64,000 nt of DNA from Chrysomallon squamiferum (taxonomy: Eukaryota > Animalia > Mollusca), in the NCBI GenBank assembly GCA_012295275.1, contig CM022665.1:42656001-42720000 (forward strand), in the 5' to 3' direction. Position numbers and translations under genes: made by a program. Within the stretch, counting starts at the first letter, position 1. Every line of letters starts with the position of its first letter. The notes under the pieces are model-generated. The model ran no database searches, was not told the DNA's origin, and was given only the letters and a program-made list of their open reading frames with translations. Shown here piece by piece: positions 1 to 14,197 of this stretch.

Positions 1-2
1 AC

Positions 3-161
3 AAGGCTGGTGATGACTTGTGGGGACAGTCCTGCAGTGACAGGGACTGTCTGGGTAACGGTATTGGTGATGGGACATCTGTTCATGTGCTGGGTCCACT
101 CCTACCCAGTTGTCTTGGATTGGATTGTTGTTTTAAGAGGGAAATACCTGACTATGAATGA
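3..161 (+). CDS. Possible terminal coding exon of a gene that starts upstream of the window (KAGDDLWGQS...CCFKREIPDYE*)
   Basis: Frame open from the window edge to TGA at 159-161; noticeably more GC-rich than the following T-rich, 3'UTR-like sequence. No recognisable family motif and no acceptor visible. Confidence 0.35.
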   Translation, partial: KAGDDLWGQSCSDRDCLGNGIGDGTSVHVLGPLLPSCLGLDCCFKREIPDYE

Positions 162-3100
162 TCTTGTTCAAAACAAACAAGAAAGAAAGAAAATCCTTCT
201 GCCTTGCAAAAAGAACAACATACAGACAAAAATGGTATTACTGCATTAACAAACGCTATCTGTTATTAACCCTCAATCCAGCATGTCATGTGTATCTCGT
301 TGCTTGTCTTGTGGGGTCTGCATAGACCCCATGTACACTTCAAATGTTGATAAAAAAAAACCCACTGATAGGCCTATTCTACTCGCAGTCAGTGCATGCA
401 ACAGAGGCTGAGCTATGCTCACAGTTTGCAGATCATCTGTGATTTTCTGACCTGATTTCTGGGACACATGAAACACATTCTCTGTTTAGGTGGTCCTTCA
501 GGGTTTTACCCAATCCCTTCCCTCAGAATTGTATCCCATGAACCCAGCTGACAGGGAACTAGTTTGTGGCCTTTTAGGTCAAATTTACATAGTTTGAGTT
601 GCGTGATGCACAGTCACAACAGTGACCAAAGTGAGGGCATGATGTCAGTTACGGAAACACAGAGAATACTTTGTTTCTGAGTTTTCTACAGAAATCTGTG
701 CTGGCTTACGGGTTAAGAATAAACTTGATACAGATTTTCACATTTTCTGTCTGAAACAACAACAGAGTAATCCATTTTAGTGGTGTGTTATTTGTAAATA
801 TCACTGTCATCAAAATTGTCAGTAACACGCACTTGTTGCCTTGTGGCAATGTTTTCATTGTTGAGAAACATTTGAGAAAGACAAAGCCTTATTTATTATT
901 CTTGCTTTCTTGCATAACTTTTTTTTTTTTTTTTTTTCTTTTAGTGGAATTTACAGTGGGTTGAAAATTCGAATTCACATAAATTGTAAGTGGAAAATCT
1001 GCATTAAAATTCTTACAGGTTATTTTAATAGCAGTTGAAAAAGCATCACCAGGTTACTCAGCCTGCTTGATTTTAAGCCGATGATTTCAGTGACAGTGTT
1101 TTTTTTTTTTTTTTTTTTTGTCTTTTCTTCAGTATTGTAAAAGGTTCAGTTAGGAGTCATTTCTTTTATATTAAGATCCTGAGATAAGTAATGGTTCCAG
1201 TAATTTATTCAGCAGAATCATCAACTTGTAAGTTCTGAAGTTTGTTCTGTACCCTTACCTTGATTTATCAGGAGATAAATACATGATTCTCAGTGGAGTG
1301 TATTTTTTTATTGGATTTTTTTTAATTCGTGTTCAGCTTCATCACATTACATGGTTTCAACAATCATTCTACAGGCAGGTCTGATAACAGACTTTGCTGA
1401 AATATGCATTCTTTTCTGGTTATGTGAATAGAAGCAACTTGCTGGAAGTGCTGTTTATTTGAGATGTTTACCTTCAGTCCAAAGAGCCCAGCTTGCTAAA
1501 AAAGTCAAGTTTGAAACGGAGACAAGTGACAGCACATCACATTTAATAACTGAATGGTCTGCAGGTTCTGAAGACACATTCAAATCTTTAATGTGTGACA
1601 GCTACTTGAGTCCAGGAACACAGCTAAAAGTAATATTCAGTATATTTCAACTGTTACTTTGTGGTAGAGTGCTTAAGAAAATTAATTTTATACTCATTTC
1701 AAAAGATTTACATTTAGTATTTTCTTGTTTACCTATTTTAACACTGTTTCCTGTGAATTCAATAGTGGCGCCGCTGTTGTTTTCTCAGAATACAGTTTAA
1801 ACTATTCAAGAACTATATTCTTTGTTCTTAGTAAAAAAAAGTTACATTTTTTTTTTTTTTTGTTAAATGTAGCACAGACCATAGATAGGTCTCTGTGTAC
1901 CAAAAGGCTTTTCTAATTCAGCCATCAAGTTTTGCATAATACTTGTTTTATCTGAAACTGCCATGTCTGATCTTGTATACGAGAAGGTTCACATAAAGGA
2001 TCACTTACTTGTAATTGCTGAGAGCAGCTTTCGGAATAAGGATGTCAGGTTATCTCTCTGATATTACAATGCAGTAATTGATAACTTGGATATTGACAAA
2101 AATAACGAACAGGCAGAAGTAGCAGTAAAACATTCTTTACATTTTTATCTGGTGTGTTACCTTGTTTAAATTGCTGTAACATGACTCAGTAGTGATGGCC
2201 ACACTTGAAAAAGAAAGAAAGAATTGACACTCTTAAAAATCCTACTTTCAATCAATAACTTGAGTGATGAAAAAAGTTATTTTCCAGATGTGAACAAGAA
2301 GGAATTTAACTAAACATATCCACATATGGACAGTATATAAATTAGTAATTCTATAAATGTTATCATTACATACTTTATATTCCACTTGTAAATACCCAAA
2401 CACATTACATTTTAATACGAATATATTTCATGTGCTTGTATAAGAAGAGAACAGCATGTACCATGACCTTTTTCCTTGTAAATGTATAATATGTGAAAGA
2501 AAATATTAATTTATATATCACTGTATTAATCAAAAACGTGTATATATATATATACATCTGTATGTGTGTAAATATATTTTTTCTCAGTGAGATGATTAAT
2601 GGACCTAAAATATTTAATGATGCTTTAAGGGTGTGCATTAATGTCAGATGTATTCTAAATAATCTGAAAAACACAGCTTGCAGCTGTCTTTCCATGACAA
2701 ACTGCTGTAAAATCAGACCAGCAGATTTTCTTTGTTATTTTCTGCTTTCACTATTAACATAAAAATAAGTGGTGTTTTTAATTATTTATTTTTCTAAATA
2801 CTTAGTCTGATACCAACATATTCAGTTATTTTTACATCTTGAATTCCAACACTGATATTTTCTTGTTTAACTGTTTCAATTCTGTGTCCTGGGGATTCAA
2901 TAATTGTTTTCCAAGAATACAGACTATTCAAGAACTTTGAATTATAATGCCTATTTATCACCAGTGTCTTTGTTCAGTTGTGGCTTAATGGTTAAAGCAC
3001 AGGCCACGGATGCAGTAGGTCAGAAGAAGCGTGATAAAAAGGCTTTTCTCATTACATTTTTCTGTTAAACATTGTTGTTTTCACAGAACTGAAAGTATAA

Positions 3101-3179
3101 TTGGAATAATTCTCAATTCTCTAAGTCCTTGAGATATATTTGATATATATGTCATCAGGGAAGTGTATCTCTGTCCCTG

Positions 3180-3210
<31 letters not shown>

Positions 3211-3214
3211 ATCG

Positions 3215-3601
3215 CAGTTATCAATGAGAAACTTGCTATTGATGCATGCCCTCATGTCTCCTTTGATGCAGTGAAATGTCTGCCTGTCTTTCAGTTTTAT
3301 TAGGTTTTTTTAAAAAAATTTTTATTAAAGCTATCACTGAGAAACATGCTCTTGATGAGTTATGGCAATTTCTTCATTCTTGAGACATAACTGACAAACT
3401 TATACCCTCATTTCTTCTTTGTTGCAATGAAATCTGTCTTTCTGTTTTATTTCTCAGCGTTTTTTTTTTTATTTTTTTTTTCCATTAAATTTATCAATGA
3501 CAAACATGCTATTGTCATGTTTTGGCAGTGTTTTCATTGTTGAGACATTGGAGTATGACACACCCTCATTTACTCCTTGATTCAGTGAAGAGTTTCTCTA
3601 T

Positions 3602-3644
<43 letters not shown>

Positions 3645-3843
3645 TTTTTTTTTATTCTTATGATTTAATTATGATTATGATTATGATTATGATTATTATT
3701 ATTATTATTATTATTATTATTTTTTTTTTTTTCCCAACTCCTGGAAAGGAGAAATGACAAGCAGGGATATTAAGAAATTAAAATATATTAGTAATAAAAA
3801 TGTGAAATGTATCAATAATGTTACTCTGCCCGTGATATTATTG

Positions 3844-3874
<31 letters not shown>

Positions 3875-5477
3875 TTTTGTTGATAATAATCTGAATTAGT
3901 CAGATTTGCTAAAGTTTAGTAATGGTTAAGACTCATTCATAGATGTTGTTTGAACACATGGCAGACATGTTAGAGATTAGCTGCTCAATCTCTAACAGAC
4001 TTGCCCGTCCAGTAATTAAACATGTATAAGTGTCAGTGAATACTAGAAGTATTCTTTTTATCCTTTCTGTTTTATTCATTGAGTTAATTTCTAATTATTT
4101 CCTGCTTTGTCAAATTTCCTTTTTCTTGGAGTGGGTAGCTCTTTTCAAAAAGGAAAGAGTAAGGAACAAATGAACATGCATCTGAAACCTCTTCATGTAC
4201 ATACAGGTTTATACATTTCTAAAACATCATCATATAGATTAACTAGTTATCAGTGAGAAACATGCTTTTGATGAGTTTTGTCCTTTTTTTTTTTTCATTC
4301 TTAAGACATACCCTCATTTCTTCTTGGTTACAGTGAAGTGTCTGTTTTTCTCTGTTTTATTTTGTTTTTTGTTGTTTTTCATTTTTTTTTTTTTTTTTTT
4401 TTTCATCAAAGCTATCAATGAGAAAAGTGCTGTTGATGAGTTTTGACAATTTTTTCATTCTTAAGACATAATTGCCAAAGACAATATCCTCATTTTCTCT
4501 GATACACTGAAATGTCTGTCTTTCAGTTTTATTTATTTATTTTATTTTATTTTTTAATTATTTATTTATTAACAATATCAATGAGAAAAATGCTGTTGAT
4601 GAGTTTGGCAATTGTTTCATTTTCAAGACATATTTGATTATGACATACCATCATTTCTTCTTTGATGGTTCATATTTGTCTATTTTCCTTTTTTTTTTTT
4701 TTTTTTTTTTTTTCATTTGGTTTTGGGTTTTTTCCCCATCAAAAGTATTAATGAAAAACAAGCTGTTGATGAGTTTTTGTAATTTTTTCATTCTTGAGAC
4801 ATAATTGACAAAGATATGCATGCTCTCATTTCTTCTTCAGTGCAGAGAAATGTGTGTCTGTCTCAGGTCTGTGTATTTGTTTGTTTGGATTTTGTTTTTT
4901 CTTTTATTAAAGCTGTCACTGAGAAACATGCCATTGAGTTTATGCATTTTTTTTTTTTTCATTCTTGAGACATAACCCTAATTTCTTCTTTGTCACAGTG
5001 ATATGGCTTTGTCTTTCTGTTTTATTTGTTGGTTCCCTTTTTTTCAATGAGAAATATCAAATTGATGAGTTTTGGCAAATTTTTTCATTCTTGAGAGACA
5101 ATTGACAAAGATATGCATACCCTCATTTCTTCTTTGATGCAGATAAATGTCTGTCTGTCTTTCAGATTTATTTGTTAGTTTGTATGTTTTCTTTTTTCTT
5201 TTAAGCTATCATTGAGAAACATGCTCTTAATGAGTTTCTGCATTTTTTTCATTCTAGAGAATGACAACTATCATCTCTTCTTTCATGCAGTGAACTCTGT
5301 CATTCTGCTTCTTTTTTTTTTTTTTTTTTTTCCCCCTTTCCAATCTGTCAGTGAGAAACATGCTCTTGATAAGTTATTGCAATTTTTCAGTATTGAGAGA
5401 TAACTAACAATGACAGGCATGCCCTCATTTCTTCTTCAGTGCAGTGAATGTCTGCCTTTCAGTTTTATTTCTCACTT

Positions 5478-5521
<44 letters not shown>

Positions 5522-5820
5522 AAAATTGTAAGTGAAAAACATGCTCCTGACAAGTTTTTTTTTTTTTTTTTATTTTTTTCTTGAGACATATTTGAGTATG
5601 TCGTACCATCATTTCTTCTTTGTTTCAGTGATAAGGCTTTGTCTTTCTGTTTTATATGTTAGTTTCTTGTGGCCTTTTATTTAAAAAAATATTTCTCCCC
5701 CCCATTAGAACTGGTAATAAGGACAATGCTGTTGATGAGTTTTGGCAATTTGTTTTCATTCTTGAGACATGATTGACAAAGACTTGCCCTCATTTCATCT
5801 TAGATACAATGAAGTCTTTT
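3215..5820. repeat. Degenerate tandem array of ~130-190 bp units separated by poly-T
   Basis: About 13 recurrences of ATCAATGAGAAACATGCT..GATGAGTTTTGGCAATTTTTTCATTCTTGAGACATA..CCTCATTTCTTCTT..CAGTGAA; interrupted by the 3736-4171 segment. Confidence 0.85.
3736..4171 (+). repeat. Copy A of a near-identical ~440-bp local direct duplication (copy B 6568-7018)
   Basis: AACTCCTGGAAAGGAGAAATGACAAGCA...GTGGGTAGCTCTTTT..AAGGAACAAAT occurs twice, differing mainly in (TA)n length and a small indel. Confidence 0.9.
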
Positions 5821-5844
5821 ATTTTTTCATTTTCATTCATTCAT

Positions 5845-5923
<79 letters not shown>

Positions 5924-6567
5924 TTTAATTTTTTAGTTTTGTTTTTTTTTTTTTTTTTTTTTTTTTGAATGGAAAATTGCATTAAAATATAAAATTTGCC
6001 AACACTTTTTTTTATTCTTCACATAATTTTTGACAAGTATTGTATAGTTTTTTATGAAACGATTTTAAAACGAATTATACTTTTCTGTATTCAGTGACAG
6101 AAAATATGTTAATTGTTTTCTTTTTTTTTTTTTATTTGTTGTTTGTTTTTATTGTATTTTGACCCAAAGCTGTCAAATGTTCAACTACAATAGTAGTTTT
6201 TTTTTTTTTTTTTTTTTTTTTTTCTTTATTCAGCTTTTACATATATGTACCAAATATAGCTGAATATTGATAATTGATAACTCCTTCCACTTTGTCAAAA
6301 CTACCTGATTTATAAAAAAAAAACAAAAAACAATTAATATGAATTAGGTTTGTCTTCAATTGGAAAGAAGGAAATATTATTCACTGGAATGATTCTGCTG
6401 AATTTAATGAATAAATGAACCAATTAGCATTGCTTTAAAACTGCAGTTGTTTGTAATGCAGGAAACTGCAGAAAAATAGATAAAGCATTTGTATGAATAC
6501 AGATACATTTTATTAAACTGATATTAAAAAATTGTATCATAATCTCAAAAGCAACAGATCCGATTCT

Positions 6568-6673
6568 AACTCCTGGAAAGGAGAAATGACAAGCATGGAT
6601 ATTAAGAAATTAAAATATATTAGTAATAAAAATGTGAAATGTATCAATAATGTTACTCTGCCCGTGATATTAT

Positions 6674-6714
<41 letters not shown>

Positions 6715-7018
6715 TTTTGTTGATAATAATCTGAATTAGTCAGATTTGCTAAAGTTTAGTAATGGTTAAGACTCATTCATAGATGTTGTTTGAACATATG
6801 GCAGACATGTTAGAGATTAGCTGCTCAATCTCTAACAGACTTGCCCGTCCAGTAATTAAACCTGTATAAGTGTCAGTGAATACTAGAAGTATTCTTTTTA
6901 TCCTTTCTGTTTTATTCATTGAGTTAATTTCTAATTATTTCCTGCTTTGTCAAATTTCCTTTTTCTTGGAGTGGGTAGCTCTTTTTAAAAAGGAAAGAGG
7001 AACAAGTAAGGAACAAAT
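6568..7018 (+). repeat. Copy B of the ~440-bp local direct duplication
   Basis: Near-identical to 3736-4171. Confidence 0.9.
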
Positions 7019-7792
7019 CACCACCCACTCTTTATGTTTGAGAACTTCTTAATACCTTACATTCATGTTTTAAAATTCAGAAAGATTATAATAAACAGTA
7101 TATTTTAAAGCAGTTAGAAAATATGTTTTTAGGATTTCTTGAAATATCAATTCTATTTTCTTTATGAAAATTCCTGTCGAATAACAATTGTAATGAATAT
7201 TTATTTATAATGTGCAATATTATTCCTCTAGGAATTCATATATGAGAATTAAACTTAAACACTGATGTGCAAAACACAATCATATACACATACCTATGTG
7301 TTCATATGTATACAGAAATATAATATAACGGTTGTTATTACTTTCAGTTTATAATAAAAAATAAAAATTCATCTTTAGTACTTGCATTTGTCATTTGTAT
7401 TTTAATGTAAATCTTCATTTAATGGGAATAAAAACTGCTTCAGAAGTTGTGCTCTGTTTGAAAATAATTTATTTTCTTTTTAGTCAGATTGCAATATTTC
7501 TTTAAAACCTGTTTTTTATTTTACTTTATCGTATTTTATTTTTATTGTTTTATCAATATATTTGTGAGTGTGTTTGATCTAAATTTTCCTTTATCAGCTA
7601 CCACCCTTGAATCCTTTCACAAGAAAGTGATGACTACCATAACAACCAGAACCAGCTTTCTAAGAGAAGTCAAGTTAAAGTGATGAGTTTAAATTTAATG
7701 AAGTGAAAGTACAGCTTACAGAATGAAAATATGTTGGAATTCTGTCATTGAAAAGAATCAGTTCATTTTTGAGAATTAAGTCTTCCAGTTGT

Positions 7793-7795
<3 letters not shown>

Positions 7796-7871
<76 letters not shown>

Positions 7872-7888
7872 CTCCTCTCTCTCTCTCT
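7796..7888. repeat. (CT)n microsatellite
   Basis: Direct reading; explains the SLSLSL and RERERE ORFs. Confidence 0.95.
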
Positions 7889-8819
7889 CACATACACATT
7901 CACATGAATTCCAACCCACATAAAGTCCAATGAACACACATACACACAGACAAATGCACTGACTTGAACAAACACTCTACCCAAGCTGAGTAGTCTTTAC
8001 CCTTTTATAAACTGTAAACTTTCTCACTCACACTGTCTGTGTTTGTATGAATAATTAATAAGTCAGTATGAGAAACCTGTTAAACATTGTTCTCCCCGAT
8101 TGGCTAATATATATCACTGTTTGATCATGTAATACTTCTTCCTATTAAAACCAAATAAACATAAAGTAACAGTTGTGACTGCATTGCACCTCGACATACT
8201 CCATCATTAAAGCATATCAGATAGACAATATTAGAGAGGAAACCCACTACCATCATTGCATGGAGCCTTAGAAATTTGTACTGATTAGCTGCAGGATTTA
8301 TTATATCATAAGCTTTTACAATGAATGATGAAAAGAAATAAGAAATAAGAAGATAAAATTAGAAAGATTGGAGAAAAAAAAAAAAAAACCCAAATATTTA
8401 TAGATAAAGAAAGAACCTAGATGAAAATACTCATTTTCAAAAATATATAACATAATAATTAGTTATTATTTTTGTCAGTTTTGTTTGTCTTGTTAAATTT
8501 ATCATTACAAAACAAATACCTTATTACCAAAACTTTCATTGAGCATTTGAAACAAAGATAGTGAGAAGGTTAAGCATCAGAAACACCTAGTTCTCTCAAA
8601 TTTATGTGAACTTTATGCATACATGTAGGCCTACAATGTCTTACTCGATGATCAAGAAAGATGGTGATTCCTAGCATCCAAAATTGATCATTCAGGTTTT
8701 AGTTAATCAGATGTTAATGGCTGAAAAGGTGTTATTTTCATGTATGTGCATTTTTAAAATCTATATTGTGGCTAAACAAAAAATATTACACCCAGGAAAC
8801 TTTTATATGTTTTAGTTAA

Positions 8820-9160
8820 CATGTGGGAGATTAAATTTCAATAAAGGTCATCTCAAGGTCACGTGATCCACACGGTCAATTTCAAGGTCACAGCAAAGGT
8901 CAAAAGGTCAATGTACTCAAGTATTTTCCAAACTAAACAAAAATGGCAGATTCGGAATCCTTGTCATATTGCCTTTTCAACAATTTCATGAAGATTGGCC
9001 CAGTAGTTCCTGAGATATGACGGTTCTAAGGTTGCCAAAAATCTCAAAATTCGGTGGGCCATATCACCCACACCACTGATCCGATTGGGCTAATATTTCA
9101 GATTTGCTGCTGTGGGATCCCAGTCAACAAGTATACCAAGGTTTATCAAAATCTGAGACA
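8820..9160. mobile_element. Probable dispersed-repeat fragment rich in AAGGTCA motifs
   Basis: Five AAGGTCA within ~70 bp, followed by CpG-retaining sequence (TTTCATGAAGATTGGCCCAGTAGTTCCTGAGATAT...) that resembles non-autonomous invertebrate repeats. No termini identified. Confidence 0.4.
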
Positions 9161-9270
9161 GTAACACAAAGTAACACAGTAAAATAAATGATTTTATTTG
9201 TTATTTATTTATTTACTTTTTAAATTTTTATTTTTATTTATTTATTTTTTTTTTTTTTTTTTTTCTAATG

Positions 9271-9303
<33 letters not shown>

Positions 9304-12300
9304 GAAATAATTTAAAGAAATAATTAGTTTATTTTTGGCACAATGGATCCTACTAAAGGCAATAAACAGCTGTCACCAGCCATGATGGGAAGGAAATTCT
9401 TTTTTATTATGAAGATCACAAGCTTCCTTTGACTAACATTCACATAACTGTCCATCAGAGATCAGCAGCCTGACAAACTGAATGTGGAAGGAAAAACACT
9501 GCAGGTTTAGAGAAAGTGCAATACTGGACAAAATGGTGTTTAGCGTCATGATGCAGACAGTCATTTCTACTCACAAGAATTTTACTTTTAGTGAAGGTAA
9601 AAATATCACAAGACATTCTCTCTGGAAGTCTGTGAAAGTTCATTGCATTTCCATTAGAATTTGAAGAATAAAAACTCAATAGTTAAAATAAAATAATAAA
9701 TTAATTAATTAATTAATTAAAAGAAAAAACTAAGATAGTCTGTAATTTAAAAATTTTGTTGTTGTTGCTGGGGTTTTTCTAACTGACCTTTGCAAGAACA
9801 AGGGACAAATATTTGTTTCAGAATGGGTTTTTTTTTAATAGATTTTGCTGCATCATTTGTCTCAGATGATCAGCTGAAAAATTCAGGTATGGCTTACAAA
9901 TTAAATGAACTGTTATGTTGGTGATTTGTTGAGAATATAACAAATTATGTAATGTTAGTTTTTTTATCTTATTTTCTTCTATTTACAATTATGTAGGCTT
10001 TGCTACACATTTTGTCACCCATATCACGACACATTGTAATAAAAGTAAATGAATACTGTTTGTATTATTTTTTTAATACCTTGAACCTCAAAGGCCATTT
10101 GTGCAAATCATAGTTATGTCAACCTAGATTTAACTTGATTCCACATTTTATTTTTTTTAAAAAAAAAAAAATAACAATATACTAAAATGTCTTATTCAGT
10201 GCATTTAATAATTTATTTAATTCCAGCATCTATCAAATTTGAGCAAGTTCCCTCTTAAGATTTTGTCGAAATTACAAATATCAATTAATAACCAACAATT
10301 AATATCTAGGCTCCAGTTGTGTTGTTAAATAATATTACAAGTTTGTAATAAAAGTAAATAAATACAAGTTCTGTAATAATAAAAGAAAAAAAAAAAAAAA
10401 ATAAAAAGAAAATAAAAGAAAAAAAAAAAAAAGGAGAAAAAGGAGCTATTCTTTAATAAAATTCGATTTCCACTTAGTGATATGTAGTAACATGTTAAGG
10501 TATGCAAACAGATATGGTATTTAATATACTGGAGTGGAGTTTAGATCACCTAATGAACTTGGTTTCCATGATCAAACCTCCTCGATGGACCTGATTACTG
10601 ATGTAACATAAACCCCTCAAAACTCTGCACCCAATAATTTAGAATTTATATCACCAAACTGTAATCATGTCCATCATTGAAGTTTCATTGTGTGAACCAA
10701 ACAGAACAAGCAAGGTAACACCTACCCCAGTGTATCAAAATTGGTCTGTTTGCTCATGCATAATGCACACCATAATATATTAATTCAGAATGGTCTACTT
10801 TGATTATAACATGATAAGAAAACAACACAGGAACTTGTTTTAAAACCATTTATTTTGACATAATTTCACATAAAAATATAGTTTAAATAATTGAAGTTAT
10901 AGAATTTATATTTAATAAATATCAAATAAACTTAGGTAAAGGTATCAGTGAAGTTATAACTTTGTATTTACATGAAAAATATTGCATGAAAAAATATGAA
11001 TAAAACAAGTTCTGTAATGACAAACGGTTGGGTTGGTTTGTTGTTATTTTTCTTTTATTGTATGTAATAGGGTATAAAATAATTTTCAATATTATTATTA
11101 TTATTAAGAAAGTTCCCTCATTTTTTTTTGTTAAACTGTAAGCATCTAAACATTTTTTATTTTAAACAGTCCTTTGAAGAATGTAAATACAGTAACACAA
11201 GGGTATGGAAACAACTATGTCGTTAAATTAGAAATTAATGAAATCTGTATTATTTTTTGTGATAACAATCAGGAGGATCATTTTTGTATCAGTGCATTCC
11301 AGTTGGACTCTCAACACAGATTATGTAGATGATATTAGATTTGAATTCTGAAGAAACATATTACACAAGGCCTCCAATAAACTTTTTGAACACAGAAATT
11401 ATCTGAAATTGTTATTAATAATGAGGTCATCTGGAATTCATAATGATCTTCAACTATCTGCTACACAGCCTTAACAGTCACAATCTGAAATATACAATAT
11501 TTATAAGCATTAGAAGACAATTACATATATACAAGTGTTATCATTCTTTACAGAATATCTGGAAACTAAGAAACACAACACCCCATCACAATGAATTTTT
11601 GCCTTTCCCATCAGTTTCAATGTCAAAAATGTGTTCCAGAAAACCCCCAGAAACAAACCATATAGAACATATCCAAAATGCCCCGTCAAATGAAAATAAA
11701 AATAAATTAAAAATTAAAATTAAGAGCATTTTAAAGAACTCTAATCAAATAAATAAATAAATAAATAAACCAAACTTTAAAATTATAAAAATGGTTCGTC
11801 ATTTGAGGTTTTTGTTTTTAGAAAAAAACTTAACAGTGAAACAAAGCAGAGAATATTTTGAGTACCTGTAACCTATTTATAAATGTTTCATATTATTCAA
11901 CATAGAAAATAATTAAAATAAATGTGATTGTTTATTTGTTGTCACTATTCCAGGAGATCCTTCATCACCTTAAAGAATTTCAGATAAAATGCAAAGTATT
12001 TTGAATTGCTGTAGGAAATGGAAACATCATATATTAGTAGACAAAAATGTATAAAGTATAATGCAAGATGCTTTTAATTTCAGATTATTTAAAATACATC
12101 TAATTATAAACTTCCAGAAAAACAATGATCCAATCATTGGGTACTTTAAAACTTTTGTTAAATTGTAAAATGATGCCTTTGATACTAATAATTAGCTAAT
12201 TCCACAGACTTGTTTATTTCAACCAATTAGGTTTAGCTTTTGTGTAGCTATCATAACACTTTAGTGTTAAATAATGATTTGTTCCATTTTCTGCCTTCAA

Positions 12301-12374
12301 TTAGAGGCTCATAAAAAACGAACTTCAGATATGTAATACATCAGTACAGACTATATGACAAAATACATCTAAAA

Positions 12375-12416
<42 letters not shown>

Positions 12417-12740
12417 TGCAGAAATGACAATTGTTTTTCCTAGTTTGATCACCATAACAGAAAAACTGATAGCCAGATCTACGAAAATTTAACTGCAGGC
12501 AAGATATTTTCACATTTTAGTTTTATATTTCATCATCTTATTTATTAAATTTCCTTTTTGTTTGGAACGGCGCCAACAAGGACACATGGTGCCACGGACG
12601 TCTACGAGAGTTGTGGTTACTACATATTCTGTCTGTCTACTGCCCTGGCTTGTTCATATTTATTTATTTACTGGTTCGAAAATAGCAAGAGTTCTGAACA
12701 CTTACCTCTGTCAATGAAAATTCAAAGGTCAGATCTAGCT

Positions 12741-12864
12741 TTAAGGTTAGCTTAGGGTCAGTTTTAGGGTTGCGGTTATGGCCAGGGTAGGGTTAAGGTT
12801 AGGGTTAAGGTTAGTTAGGGTTATTTAGGGTTAGGGTTTAGGGTTAGGCTTAGAGTTAGGGTTA
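12741..12864 (+). repeat. Interstitial degenerate telomere-like (TTAGGG) repeat
   Basis: Multiple TTAGGG plus TTAAGG, TTAGGC and TTAGAG variants over ~120 bp. Confidence 0.85.
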
Positions 12865-13278
12865 AAAAATAAATAAATAATAATATCTATCTTTTTCAAA
12901 ACAAATAATTTAGTCTGATCACTTCGATATCGTATGTTTCTCATACAAGTCATATACAACGAAGTTCTTTAAAACAATTTACTATTCAGTTAATGACGAA
13001 TGTTGTACGTAAAATGTCCTCAAAAACTTGGAGCACAACACTCGTGGACCTAGCATATATCATCATTATTCATAAATAAAATAAATAAATAAAGTGTCCT
13101 TCGTCGTTTTACCAGTGAGCAAAAATATTAAAAGAGTTAATTTTAAATATTCTACTTTCCAAACAATGTCGACTGAATTCAGGCCATGACGAACGTTCTA
13201 TGTAAAATGCATCTCCAAATCATGGAGCACCACACTCGTGTGCACATAGCTTGCATCAATTTCATCATACTCAACAAA

Positions 13279-13309
<31 letters not shown>

Positions 13310-14143
13310 ATGTCCATGTTAGAGTAAGAATTTCCTATTTTTAAAACATGTACTCCCATTACGAAAACAATATCAGATTGTAGTTTGATTTACATTTAAT
13401 TTATTTACCTCTGTTTATTTATTTATTTAATTTCACATATTTACCTATTTTGTTTAATTATTCACTTCATCTATTTACTGTAGATTTATTTATTTATCTT
13501 TTTATTATTGTTATACTATGACAAAACCAAAACTCATGATCAAAATATGTAAAATATTTATTTATTATTATTATTATTATTTTGTTAACGTTCCAAACGT
13601 TTTCGAGTATTTTTATACAGATTTATATATACTGAAGTCTTCGTCGTTTCACCAGTGAGCTAAAACATTCAGAGGGTTAATTCCAAATATTCAACAGCCG
13701 TTATTAAAATTCGGTTGAGGGGTTACAGTCTGTCAGACTCTCTTTCTATTGTTGTTCTTTCTTATGTTCTTGTTGCTAATAAATAAATAAATAAATAAAT
13801 AAATTAAAATATCAATAGTATTTCAATAAAAGCAGCCCTATGAAGTCAATAATCAAATGTTACAATTATTTCGTTCAAATATGCTGTTATCCACAGTCAA
13901 CATTTAACAGATAAAAAAGTACTACAATAATAAAGATAAATAAATAAGTAAAAAAAAAAAAAACACCACTGAATATTTTACAGCAATTTTTAAGACGATG
14001 CTTTATTCACATTTCTGAAAAAGCACTACGTAAGTACTTCGTTATAATAAAAGATTAAACGTTTCTGTTTTACGTCGTTTTGCCGACTGCTCCCGATTGT
14101 AACCGAATGTAACGTCCATAAAAAAAAATAAAAAATAATTTAG

Positions 14144-14151
14144 TGACGTCA
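14144..14151. promoter_or_regulatory. Perfect palindromic CRE (TGACGTCA) just upstream of the micro-exon gene start codon
   Basis: TGACGTCA at 14144-14151 in a CpG-retaining stretch; predicted ATG at 14198. Confidence 0.5.
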
Positions 14152-14197
14152 TATCTATGACAACGAGTTTTGCTCTGTGAATTATCGCTTTGCAAAG

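Noticed and set aside
1459-1800. 113-aa plus-strand ORF with TTG start
   Set aside because: Non-ATG start, no clear splice sites or motif; lies in probable 3'UTR/intergenic sequence.
2975-3035. tRNA-like A box (TGGCTTAATGGTTAAAGC)
   Set aside because: No B box or cloverleaf; at most a decayed SINE head.
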